Below are positions 30,657-39,083 of a stretch of 64,000 nucleotides of DNA, one piece after another (position 1 is the stretch's first letter; every line of letters starts with the position of its first letter). The position numbers and the translations under genes were made by a program. The stretch comes from an uncultured Clostridia bacterium (GTDB lineage: Bacteria > Bacillota > Clostridia > TANB77 > CAG-508), in contig CANQPY010000001.1 in assembly GCA_947625835.1 (NCBI GenBank), forward strand, positions 6,763 through 70,762, read 5' to 3'. The notes under the pieces were generated by a model that saw only the letters and a list, made by a program, of their open reading frames with translations, searched no databases and was not told the DNA's origin.

Positions 30657-31502
30657 ATGCAGATAACAGACGATGATCTTTACTTCTATTATGGAAGCAA
30701 ATATTTAAACCTAAATAGTAGATATAAACAAGCGCCAGATTTATTTAATGAGGAAAGAAAAAAGCTATCTAAGGGAGGAGGCTCTAGAGAAGACATAATA
30801 GCATATGCTAAAAAATCTCTAAGGGCCCCGCTGCCCAATGAACAAGAATATATTAAGAGGGAAGATTGGCTTCCCTTTGAAGATTTAACTGGTGAAAGAC
30901 AAGAAGTATTAGATAACCCTATTTGGAATAAAACTCAAAAATTTATATTTGAAAATTTTAAACCCTCATCTACTTCTCTTATTATTCAAAGATGCAGCAG
31001 CAGAAAGCCTTATATAGATAATGGTAATTACAAATATACCAAATTATTGCAGGAACACAAACTATGCGACCTTGCTGTTGCTTCATTAGAGATAATTCCT
31101 ATAAATTTTACCATTTATTATCCATTTAGGCAGTATGATTGGAATGATAAATTTGAAACTCCAGAACTGACAGAATATGCTATAAATAGAAAGACAAATA
31201 GAATTATCCAATTTATAGATCATTTTGGGTATCAAAAGATACTTATTCTAGGGCCAGGGTTTGAACATGACACTTATTATAAAACCATTACAGATAAACT
31301 AAAAGAACATTATGGAACTTCAAAGGAAATTCATTTTGTAATGGATGAAGAAACGACAAATAAGTGTATCGAAACTATGAATGGGTACAAAGGATTAGCA
31401 AAAGTCAGATACCCCAATCTTAAACCTACTCAAGAAAGAATTTGCAGTTTGTTAGGGGTAGAAAACCCTCAAAAGAAGATTGAGAAGGTAAAATTATGGT
31501 AA
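30657..31502 (+). CDS. ArcS/DUF5591-like protein (archaeosine synthase-like)
   Basis: 'QRCSSRKPY' and 'SLEIIP...YYPFRQYDW' match the ArcS 'PCS.RKPY...VP...YP...YD' signature; que genes nearby. Confidence 0.6.
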   Translation: MQITDDDLYFYYGSKYLNLNSRYKQAPDLFNEERKKLSKGGGSREDIIAYAKKSLRAPLPNEQEYIKREDWLPFEDLTGERQEVLDNPIWNKTQKFIFENFKPSSTSLIIQRCSSRKPYIDNGNYKYTKLLQEHKLCDLAVASLEIIPINFTIYYPFRQYDWNDKFETPELTEYAINRKTNRIIQFIDHFGYQKILILGPGFEHDTYYKTITDKLKEHYGTSKEIHFVMDEETTNKCIETMNGYKGLAKVRYPNLKPTQERICSLLGVENPQKKIEKVKLW

Positions 31503-31509
31503 AAAAAAA

Positions 31510-31541
31510 TAGTTGACTCTTTTCCATACTTCTATTATAAT
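31510..31541 (+). promoter_or_regulatory. Sigma70/SigA-like early promoter
   Basis: TAG-TTGACT-N17-TATAAT. Confidence 0.8.
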
Positions 31542-31572
31542 ACTGGCAGAAATTAAGTGAGAGGTATAAGAA

Positions 31573-32331
31573 ATGGAAAAGAAAGAGCTGAATGAGCAAA
31601 TTGAGATTTTCAGGTCGAGGATTGAAAATGAAGAGAATGTAATTGCTAATAAATTTGTAAATATTTTTTATCATTTTCTCCCCGAAGGAATTAACATTAC
31701 AGGTTATAAATACAGTAGAAATCTTGGATTTACAGCATATGTTGAAGCTAACAAAGTTGCAAATCTTGCCATTACTTGGGACAACTTTACCAAGGGTTTC
31801 CATACCCGTTTGTGCGGTATGGATATTACCAAAGATAATTGTATAAATGTTTTCATAATGAATGACCTTTGGAAGCACCAAGAAGAAATTGAAGCTGAAG
31901 TTGCTGAAAAGATCAATTATGATTTGATAGATGCCCTGATAAATAAATTTGAAGAATTGAAACGTGAATTACTTGTAATTGAAGCACAAGAGGAAGAGGA
32001 ACTTAAAGATAAGCTGTTTACTGTAGGTAATGTATTCCATCAAGGCGATGCGTCCTATCAGGGCGATAAGATTAAAACTGAAAAGGGACTTCTTGGGTTG
32101 TTTGCAGGTAATTGGTATGTTCTTCACCACAATGTTTGGGATGTTGAGGTTAGAGTTATAGCCAGTAAACCCAATGCCAAGAAATTCCAATATAAGGTCA
32201 CTTGGATGGAAGATGGTGATGAAATGACCAAAGAAGGATGTTTGAAAAAAGAACACGTTGTAGATTTTGTCCATTGGGAAAACAGATGCAATAAAAGGGA
32301 CGACAATGATACCAGTTGGTTCATTAAATAA
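31573..32331 (+). CDS. Hypothetical protein
   Basis: ORF with GAGG RBS downstream of an early promoter. Confidence 0.6.
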   Translation: MEKKELNEQIEIFRSRIENEENVIANKFVNIFYHFLPEGINITGYKYSRNLGFTAYVEANKVANLAITWDNFTKGFHTRLCGMDITKDNCINVFIMNDLWKHQEEIEAEVAEKINYDLIDALINKFEELKRELLVIEAQEEEELKDKLFTVGNVFHQGDASYQGDKIKTEKGLLGLFAGNWYVLHHNVWDVEVRVIASKPNAKKFQYKVTWMEDGDEMTKEGCLKKEHVVDFVHWENRCNKRDDNDTSWFIK

Positions 32332-32418
32332 TTAAAGAAAATGTATGAACAGGTGGTAGTAAAAACACTACCACCTACATACTAATCAAAATAAATAAAT
32401 TAAAAGGATAGTATTTAT

Positions 32419-32895
32419 ATGGCAGTAGAAAAACATATTCCTAAAGATGCAGAAGGCTATATTACACCAAACCATTATTACGGGCAAAATTATCAATTGC
32501 TTGACGTAATTGAAGATCAGCTATCCCCAGAGGGTGTAAGAGGATTTACAAAAGGCTTAATTTTCAAATATCTATATGGATGCGTAGATGATACAACATT
32601 GCGCAGATGTACAAAGGCAAAATACTATCTTGATGAATTAATTATTTATTGTAAGAATCATGGGGAAACAATCCCTGAAGATAATAACCTTAAACCCAAA
32701 TATTATAATAAGGGAAAAATTGAAGTTATTGATATCCTTGAAGACCAACTATCAAAAGAGGAATTAAAAGGTTTCTATCTTGGTATGGTGATTAGATATC
32801 TTACAAGAGAGGGAAAAAAGAACGGTTTGGAAGATCTTCTAAAAGCAAAATACTATCTTGATAGATTCATTACAAACTTGGAAGGTGGTTTATAA
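32419..32895 (+). CDS. DUF3310 protein (T7 gp1.7-like), two tandem domains
   Basis: 'PNHY...KYL...KAKYYL' and 'PKYY..GKIEVID...RYLTR.GKKNGLEDLLKAKYYL'. Confidence 0.8.
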   Translation: MAVEKHIPKDAEGYITPNHYYGQNYQLLDVIEDQLSPEGVRGFTKGLIFKYLYGCVDDTTLRRCTKAKYYLDELIIYCKNHGETIPEDNNLKPKYYNKGKIEVIDILEDQLSKEELKGFYLGMVIRYLTREGKKNGLEDLLKAKYYLDRFITNLEGGL

Positions 32896-33143
32896 TGAAT
32901 CCCATTGAAATTGCAGGTATTATAGCATCCCTATTTATTGTTGTTTCTATGTGTTTTAAGACAACAACATTTAAGGGTACTATCATTATGAGAATTATAA
33001 ATGGTTTAGGTAGTATAGTATTTGTAGTTTATGGGGCTTTACTTCCAGCACTTGCAACACTTATTACTAATGCTTGTGCCTTTGTAATAAATCTATTTTA
33101 TCTAATAAAGGAAATTAAAGATCATTATAAAAACAATCAATGA
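32895..33143 (+). CDS. Small 3-TM membrane protein (YgjV / PQ-loop-like)
   Basis: 'GIIASLFIVVSM', 'RIINGLGSIVFVVYG' hydrophobic pattern. Confidence 0.65.
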   Translation: MNPIEIAGIIASLFIVVSMCFKTTTFKGTIIMRIINGLGSIVFVVYGALLPALATLITNACAFVINLFYLIKEIKDHYKNNQ

Positions 33144-33147
33144 ATAT

Positions 33148-33286
33148 TGCATAAATAGATGAACAATCATAAAATTGGATTTAAAAAGTCCAGGGACGTG
33201 TTACACTAACCTTACTGTCCATAAACCTAAAGGTGGCTTAAACGATTCAAGGTCGGCCACTGTATCTTTAGTGGTCGACCTTTTTT
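33148..33286 (+). ncRNA. Structured non-coding RNA candidate (possible attenuator or riboswitch) upstream of queC
   Basis: Several hairpins, a strong terminator and a competing antiterminator helix; no coding potential. Confidence 0.45.
33249..33286 (+). terminator. Intrinsic terminator
   Basis: AAGGTCGGCCACT...AGTGGTCGACCTTTTTT. Confidence 0.85.
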
Positions 33287-33376
33287 AATATATGTATATA
33301 AGGGTATTTTCGATATCTTCATACCCATAATAATTCTTCTAAGATATAATGATTATTTAGGAGACAAAAAAGTAAA

Positions 33377-34174
33377 ATGAAGTGTGTAGTAAGTTTAAGT
33401 GGTGGTAGAGATAGTGCTACCTGCCTTGGTGTTGCAGTTGATAAATATGGTGCAGAGAATGTGTATGCCATGGGATTTGAATATGGTAGTAAACATCCTC
33501 AAGAACTAGAGCATGCAAAGAAAATTGCAGCCTATTATAATGTACCTTATCAAATTGTTACTATCAACCCAGAAATTTTTAATGGTTCCACATGTACCTT
33601 ACTTCAAGGATCAGAAAAAGAAGTACAAAAAGGTAAGACATATACTGAAATACTAGCAGAAAAAGAAGGTAAAGTTGATACATATGTACCCTTCAGAAAT
33701 GGTTTATTTTCAGCATATGTGGCAGCTAAAGCGGAAAGTTTAGTACAGCAATTTGATGAAGATGTAGTAGTTATGTTAGGGCAGCACGCAGATGATAGTG
33801 GCTATTACATTGATGAACATGGTAATGAAATGTTAGATGAATCAAAAGCTGCCTATCCAGATTGTACAGTTTCATTTGTAAAAGCATTTGAAAAAGTGGT
33901 GGAAGTTAGTTCAGTAGGTAGAGTTCATTACGAAGCACCCTTTGTTAAGATGCACAAATGGGAACTAATAAAAATGGGGTTAGGGCTTAAGAAGAGGGTT
34001 CCATATGAACTGTGCTTTAGTTGTTACGACCCTGTTTATGAAAATGGCGAATGGGTGGAATGTAAGAACTGTGCTACTTGTTTAGATGTAAAACAAGCAA
34101 TGGATAAAACACTTGATAAAATTCAAAGTGAAAATCCAGAACTATATGAAGAAGTAAAATATTTAAGAAATTAA
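33377..34174 (+). CDS. queC: 7-cyano-7-deazaguanine synthase
   Basis: 'SGGRDS', 'YGSKH', 'TYVPFRN', 'YPDC', 'SCY...C..C.TC'. Confidence 0.93.
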   Translation: MKCVVSLSGGRDSATCLGVAVDKYGAENVYAMGFEYGSKHPQELEHAKKIAAYYNVPYQIVTINPEIFNGSTCTLLQGSEKEVQKGKTYTEILAEKEGKVDTYVPFRNGLFSAYVAAKAESLVQQFDEDVVVMLGQHADDSGYYIDEHGNEMLDESKAAYPDCTVSFVKAFEKVVEVSSVGRVHYEAPFVKMHKWELIKMGLGLKKRVPYELCFSCYDPVYENGEWVECKNCATCLDVKQAMDKTLDKIQSENPELYEEVKYLRN

Positions 34175-34199
34175 AATTTGGAGGCAAAATAAATAAATT

Positions 34200-34997
34200 A
34201 TGGAAAAGGTAAAGAACTTTTTTGTAAGCGTAGGAAGAAAAATCAAGCAGGGCTTCTACAATGAATTTGTAGGTACGTGGAAGGGAATTACGAAGGAAAA
34301 GATCAGTTTTTCCATTGTATTACTTGTAATTGCTAATATTTTCTTCTTATTAATTAGTAATATTATTGCGGTTAAGACAATAGTATTTGGTAGAGTAAAT
34401 GGGTTACAGTTTTCTGTGCCCTGCGCCGTATTATGCTATAGTTTTTCGATTATTATCAGTGATTTGTTAGCAGAGTTAGATTTCAAATGGACACGTCGTA
34501 GTTGCCATATAGGTTTCTTTTTGAACCTATTAATGGTCGCTATTTTCGAACTTTCAATCGTAATTCCAGGCGAAGTAGGTGGTTTCCAAGAAGGTTTAGG
34601 GGTATTAGGTACTACTTGGTTTATGCTCATCGGAAGCGTGCTCAGCTTCTACATTGGTGATTTGGTGAACGATAATGTATTTAAGAAACTTAGGAATAAA
34701 GATGGTGAAGGTAATGGTAAATTAATTAAACGCTGTATGCTAAGTACAGTATTTGGTCAATTATTGGATGCTACAATTTTCATTTTCTTAAGCCTTCAAC
34801 TTCTTCCAGGCTTATTTATGGAAAGTGGGCCATTTACAGCACTTAATTCATCACTTGCAGATCCTATTAGCTGGGCTAATATGGGAGTTATGATTGGTCT
34901 ACAATGGGTAATAAAGGTACTTATTGAGTTTATAGTATCACCCCTTGTAATTCTTATTTGTAATAAGTATAAGAAATCTCATCAGGAAGAACTCTAA
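34200..34997 (+). CDS. yhhQ: Queuosine precursor transporter (VUT/YhhQ family)
   Basis: 'ISNIIAVK', 'SDLLAE', 'STVFGQLLDATIF'; multi-TM; adjacent to queC. Confidence 0.85.
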   Translation: MEKVKNFFVSVGRKIKQGFYNEFVGTWKGITKEKISFSIVLLVIANIFFLLISNIIAVKTIVFGRVNGLQFSVPCAVLCYSFSIIISDLLAELDFKWTRRSCHIGFFLNLLMVAIFELSIVIPGEVGGFQEGLGVLGTTWFMLIGSVLSFYIGDLVNDNVFKKLRNKDGEGNGKLIKRCMLSTVFGQLLDATIFIFLSLQLLPGLFMESGPFTALNSSLADPISWANMGVMIGLQWVIKVLIEFIVSPLVILICNKYKKSHQEEL

Positions 34998-35019
34998 TTT
35001 AATATTAATAAATACATAG

Positions 35020-35056
35020 AGGGCTCCTATATTATTAAGTGTAGGAGCCCTAATTT
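35020..35056 (+). terminator. Terminator-like hairpin after yhhQ
   Basis: AGGGCTCCTA...TAGGAGCCCT. Confidence 0.7.
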
Positions 35057-35140
35057 ATAAAAGAAAACTAAAGAAAATAAGAGAAGTCAAAAGGTAATGT
35101 GCTAAATTAGATGAAAATGCCTTTTGAAGGAGATAATAAA

Positions 35141-35302
35141 ATGGATAAACATGCAGTAAACTTTGAACTTCCCGAAAATATTTTCCTTCAGCTTAAACAA
35201 TTAGCAGAAGATAATGATAGAAGTATCGCTTCTCAAATAAGAACAATCATTATCTCCTACTTGAAGGAGAATAATAGTGACGCACCAGGAATTCAAAACT
35301 AA
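35141..35302 (+). CDS. Ribbon-helix-helix protein
   Basis: 'VNFELPE...LKQLAEDNDRSIASQIRTII'; preceded by TGCTAAATTA (35100) and AAGGAG. Confidence 0.75.
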   Translation: MDKHAVNFELPENIFLQLKQLAEDNDRSIASQIRTIIISYLKENNSDAPGIQN

Positions 35303-35342
35303 ATTATCAGAAACAAAAACCATTTTAAATGTAATGAAGGTT

Positions 35343-35374
35343 TAGTTGATTCTTTTTTAGATTTATCTTATAAT
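35343..35374 (+). promoter_or_regulatory. Sigma70/SigA-like early promoter
   Basis: TAG-TTGATT-N17-TATAAT; leaderless or near-leaderless for 35381. Confidence 0.75.
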
Positions 35375-35380
35375 AGAGCC

Positions 35381-35683
35381 ATGAAAAAGATAATCAAGAT
35401 TGAAGGCAATAAGAAAGAAGTAATTAAGATAAAAAATCTTAATCAGCTGGTTGATCTTTATCCTGATGAAGCTTGGGTAAATAGTTACGGGGTAAAAAGA
35501 ACCATAAATGGAATGATTGTAATAATTTATAATGATGGGCTATGGGGAGAAAATACCCATCCTATTACCACCCCATTTCAAAATCAAGAATGGGTAGGCC
35601 CCATATTCATAGTCAAAATTTCCAAATATTCTCATTTATACAACCTTACAAAGAAAGAAATAAAGGAATACATGAATGGATAG
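35381..35683 (+). CDS. DUF3846-like protein (candidate immunity partner)
   Basis: 'VIIYNDG...WVGPIFIV.....NLTKKEI' pattern; overlaps the start of the downstream toxin-like gene. Confidence 0.5.
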   Translation: MKKIIKIEGNKKEVIKIKNLNQLVDLYPDEAWVNSYGVKRTINGMIVIIYNDGLWGENTHPITTPFQNQEWVGPIFIVKISKYSHLYNLTKKEIKEYMNG

Positions 35684-36161
35684 TGATTCATCCCAAATTT
35701 GGGAAAAACTTAAAAAATTAAACGAGACGCATTATGCAGATGCTGATTATAGGAACCAACACTTTAGAAAACATGCCAAGCAATTTAAGGGAGATCGCCA
35801 GCGAGAAATTAATGCTGGCCTTTTTAATCTCTTTGATGTAATGTCTGAAGAAGAGTATGATGAGAAGGGCCATCAGTTATCTCTTCAACCAGTAACTTCC
35901 TCCGAAACTAATTCTACAGATGATGTTATTGGGTATATTACAAAATATGAAAATAGAATTATAAAATACAATAAGAAAACAGGTGAGCTAATTGTATATA
36001 AGGCTAATTCTTCTCCCGGGGCTACAATTTCCTATTATATGGTAACTGGCAATTCAGAAAGTGCAAGAAATAGAGTCTATAATCAAATGAAAAATGGTAA
36101 TGGCAAATATGCAATGAAACGCAAATATGTACCTGAAGACGATATGTATAATACACCCTAG
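35676..36161 (+). CDS. Predicted BECR-type RNase/toxin-like protein with IWExLxxLNE leader
   Basis: 'HFRKH..QF', 'EEEY', 'GYIT...IIKYNKKTGELIVY...GATISYY' resemble polymorphic-toxin C-terminal RNase domains. Confidence 0.55.
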   Translation: MDSDSSQIWEKLKKLNETHYADADYRNQHFRKHAKQFKGDRQREINAGLFNLFDVMSEEEYDEKGHQLSLQPVTSSETNSTDDVIGYITKYENRIIKYNKKTGELIVYKANSSPGATISYYMVTGNSESARNRVYNQMKNGNGKYAMKRKYVPEDDMYNTP

Positions 36162-36250
36162 TGATTAATATCCCACATTGTAATTATGAAAAACAAAGAT
36201 ATAGGAAATGATAACGATGATGATAAGCACTAATAATAGAGGTAAATAAA

Positions 36251-36427
36251 ATGGGCAATAAAAATAAGAAACAACTAACTGAAGATGAACAGCTCGAGTT
36301 AGATTTTGAAAGGGCATTAAAACTCCTTCCCCATATAACTATTCTTCCTAAAGAATGGGATGTTCCAGAAGATGACATTTATGATGAGGTTTACGGGGAC
36401 GATGACGATGACGGGGCGGAGGACTAA
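36251..36427 (+). CDS. Small acidic putative antitoxin (not in ORF track)
   Basis: GAGG RBS; 58 aa ending 'KEWDVPEDDIYDEVYGDDDDDGAED'; 3 nt upstream of the PemK gene. Confidence 0.65.
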   Translation: MGNKNKKQLTEDEQLELDFERALKLLPHITILPKEWDVPEDDIYDEVYGDDDDDGAED

Positions 36428-36430
36428 CTA

Positions 36431-36841
36431 ATGCAAAAATGGGATGTATACTTAGCAAAAGTAAGATTTGAAGAAGATCACCGCAGATATAAAAGAAGAC
36501 CTGTACTTATCTTAAATCCTTCCACAGTACTTGTATTATCTTTTAAAATAACCTCTCATGAGCCCCGTACAAATTTTCCAGGAGAATACCAAATTATTAA
36601 ATGGAGAGAAGCAGGATTACTTAGACCTTCTGTAATAAGATGTTCTCAAATTATTGATTTGTCTCGTAGAGATATTAGAAGATACTTAGGTAAATTACAA
36701 CCAGAAGACATCAGAGGAGTACAAGAAATAGTAAGAAGAGAACTGCCAGAATATTCTCATTTGGTAGAGAAATTTCAATTATCTGATGATGATTCTTTTA
36801 TCCCAGATGATAATCCAATGTTTGATAGAAGTATATTTTAA
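36431..36841 (+). CDS. PemK/MazF-family toxin
   Basis: 'WDVYLAKVRFEE...KRRPVLIL', 'ITS', 'WREAGLLRPSVIR', 'LGKLQPED'. Confidence 0.85.
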   Translation: MQKWDVYLAKVRFEEDHRRYKRRPVLILNPSTVLVLSFKITSHEPRTNFPGEYQIIKWREAGLLRPSVIRCSQIIDLSRRDIRRYLGKLQPEDIRGVQEIVRRELPEYSHLVEKFQLSDDDSFIPDDNPMFDRSIF

Positions 36842-36893
36842 CTAATTCCTTTATTATATAATATAAAAATACATTCTTTTTCTCCGCTTTTGT

Positions 36894-36903
36894 TGCTAAA
36901 TTA
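36894..36903 (+). promoter_or_regulatory. Putative late-promoter motif TGCTAAATTA
   Basis: Recurring intergenic motif, reminiscent of the T4 late promoter TATAAATA. Confidence 0.5.
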
Positions 36904-36956
36904 TACGAGATATAATCTAAAGAACTTGGGTAGTGAATATATTAAAAAAAAAATAG

Positions 36957-37006
36957 CTCTCCTATGTCCCCCTATTACTTTTATAATGGGGGGGGGGCAT
37001 AGGAGA
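36957..37006 (+). promoter_or_regulatory. RBS-sequestering hairpin with G10 tract
   Basis: TCTCCTATGTCCCCC...G10-CATAGGAGA; the AGGAG lies in the stem. Confidence 0.65.
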
Positions 37007-37014
37007 TAATAATT

Positions 37015-37608
37015 ATGATTCTTAGAAACAATGAAGATTTAAAAAAACTACTTTGTAGTAAAGAGAGAATCCCTGTAAACAAAATCACATTTGAACCTTT
37101 CCGTAAAGCATTTGCTGATGTTACACATAGCATGTATGATGATATTTTTGACTACTATGAGGATGATGCTTATACTTACGATGGTGATCTTAGAGCTGCA
37201 TATAAATTTAAAGAAGAAGATTTTGACATTAACAAATTTGTTATTCATTGGGAAGATGAAGATGAGGGGTTGTTTATGTACCCCAAATACACTACAAGTA
37301 GAAGATTAATAGTCAACTTTCTTGATGATTGGCTTGATGAAAACTACTATGTAACAGATTATGAGTTTAGTGTAGGTAATGGAGAATATGAGGATGCTGG
37401 TATAGTATTTGATACCGGTTATCATAAGTGGTTTTCAGAAGAGGGAAAATTCGATATTGATGATGAGAGTATGTTTTTAAATAATGTGAAGTATCTCAAA
37501 TCTAATCCTGATCTTCTTACAGTGTTTGGATTAAAATCTTCTGACCTCCAACTAAGTGTAAGCGAATATTACAGAGAACAACTAAGCAGAAGAAGATATT
37601 TAAAATAA
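37015..37608 (+). CDS. Acidic hypothetical protein
   Basis: ORF with RBS. Confidence 0.6.
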   Translation: MILRNNEDLKKLLCSKERIPVNKITFEPFRKAFADVTHSMYDDIFDYYEDDAYTYDGDLRAAYKFKEEDFDINKFVIHWEDEDEGLFMYPKYTTSRRLIVNFLDDWLDENYYVTDYEFSVGNGEYEDAGIVFDTGYHKWFSEEGKFDIDDESMFLNNVKYLKSNPDLLTVFGLKSSDLQLSVSEYYREQLSRRRYLK

Positions 37609-37625
37609 AAAAAAATTAAAATTAA

Positions 37626-37664
37626 CCTCCCTATGCCCCTTCTATGGGGGGGGGGCACAAGGAG
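37626..37664 (+). promoter_or_regulatory. Second RBS-overlapping hairpin with G10 tract
   Basis: CTCCCTATGCCCCT...G10-CACAAGGAG, related to 36957-37006. Confidence 0.6.
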
Positions 37665-37675
37665 TTATATATAAA

Positions 37676-38950
37676 ATGAATTTATATTCAGAAGCAAACA
37701 AATATTTCGAAGAAATATTAAAAGAAGAAAATGCTAAGCTTAATGAAAGCTTAAAGAAAAAGAAGCTGAAAGAATCTATTGGGTCTCGGAAGAAGTTAAG
37801 AGAGACTGCCATTGAAGATCCTTACTATCTTGCACTAGATACTACAAACCCTTATTATAAAGTATTATTAGGCATTTTAAAAAACAATAAAAAGATAGCT
37901 AATTCAGTATGGGAAGAATATATAAAAGATTATCTTCCTGATGAGGGTACAGATTCACCCGAAGAGTTCAAACAAAATCTTTTAGACTCTTTCTTTTATG
38001 ATATAATAGAAGAAATGGTAGAAGAAGGTGATGATGATTTAGCAAGAAAGGTAATTGATATTTTAGGGTGGAAAAAACATTTTTCAGGTTATGAATATGG
38101 ATTATATGATGATACTATTCCTTCAGTTTGGTATTCTGTTTATGAATTGGACAAAGATGGTAATGAACTCGATGAGGTAGATAGCTTCGATACTCCAGAA
38201 GAAGCAATAGCTTTTGCTAAAAAACAATCATTTCCTACTCATGTGGTCTTTGTACCTGAAGCAGACCCTGATGATGATCCTGAATATAGAAGATATCTTA
38301 GAGACCATTATGATTATGAACCCTTTGAGATTGTTTGGGAGAGTGTAGTTGATGAATCTTTTAAGTATGGTAGATCAGGTAAAAAGAAATTAAAAGAGGC
38401 AGAACATTATAATATTGATGATCTTCATTTTATATACACTGTACGTGCACTAGATGAGGATGGAGAAGTTGAAGATAACATTAGATCATTTAAGAACAAA
38501 GAAGATGCAATTAAATGGGCAAAAACTCGTAACTATTTTGTTGATGTATGTTCAGACGTCGAAGAAGAATTAAGCTACAACGATTTACTCGAGTTAGAAA
38601 ACAATGGAAAAATCTACGACGTAGTATGGACTAACTACGAATCCCTTAGTGACGTACTGAAGAGAACCATCCCAAAAAATCGGGCAAAACTTCTCTCTTA
38701 TATTGAACAAAATCTAAAAGACTCTGGCGATTACTACGATGATCACGGCAGTGTTAAAGACATAGCTTATTACGAATTTGTAGAGGGCGGGGGTATTGAT
38801 ATTATCATCCCTGATGCCTATGTACTTTCTGAGGGAGGTGATCCAGACAATGTTAGCGATGACATTGTAGACGATTATTTTGATGAGCTCTGGGATAACA
38901 GGCTTAAGAAAAAAATAGAAGACCTACTTAAAAAGTATAGCAGAAAATAA
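37676..38950 (+). CDS. Acidic protein with repeated KKL(K/R)E motifs; candidate capsid-internal protein
   Basis: 'KLNES', 'KKLKES', 'KKLRET', 'KKLKEA'; internal duplicated domain 'Y.V..LD.DG...D...SF...E.AI..AK'. Confidence 0.5.
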   Translation: MNLYSEANKYFEEILKEENAKLNESLKKKKLKESIGSRKKLRETAIEDPYYLALDTTNPYYKVLLGILKNNKKIANSVWEEYIKDYLPDEGTDSPEEFKQNLLDSFFYDIIEEMVEEGDDDLARKVIDILGWKKHFSGYEYGLYDDTIPSVWYSVYELDKDGNELDEVDSFDTPEEAIAFAKKQSFPTHVVFVPEADPDDDPEYRRYLRDHYDYEPFEIVWESVVDESFKYGRSGKKKLKEAEHYNIDDLHFIYTVRALDEDGEVEDNIRSFKNKEDAIKWAKTRNYFVDVCSDVEEELSYNDLLELENNGKIYDVVWTNYESLSDVLKRTIPKNRAKLLSYIEQNLKDSGDYYDDHGSVKDIAYYEFVEGGGIDIIIPDAYVLSEGGDPDNVSDDIVDDYFDELWDNRLKKKIEDLLKKYSRK

Positions 38951-38977
38951 AACAAACTTAATAAAAACACTACCATC

Positions 38978-39010
38978 AAAGGAGCAGATTTGTTTATCTG
39001 CTCCTTTTTG
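38978..39010 (+). terminator. Intrinsic terminator
   Basis: AAAGGAGCAGAT...ATCTGCTCCTTTTT. Confidence 0.85.
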
Positions 39011-39018
39011 TTATCTTT

Positions 39019-39050
39019 TAGTTGATTTCTCTTTCATTTTATATTACAAT
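39019..39050 (+). promoter_or_regulatory. Sigma70/SigA-like early promoter
   Basis: TAG-TTGATT-N17-TACAAT. Confidence 0.7.
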
Positions 39051-39083
39051 AATCATGATAAAAAGGTGAGGTAAAATCCATAT

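Noticed and set aside
33192-33231. Canonical preQ1-I riboswitch
   Set aside because: The loop is too long and the tail (ATAAACCTAA) deviates from the A-rich AAAAAACUA consensus; kept only as a variant candidate.
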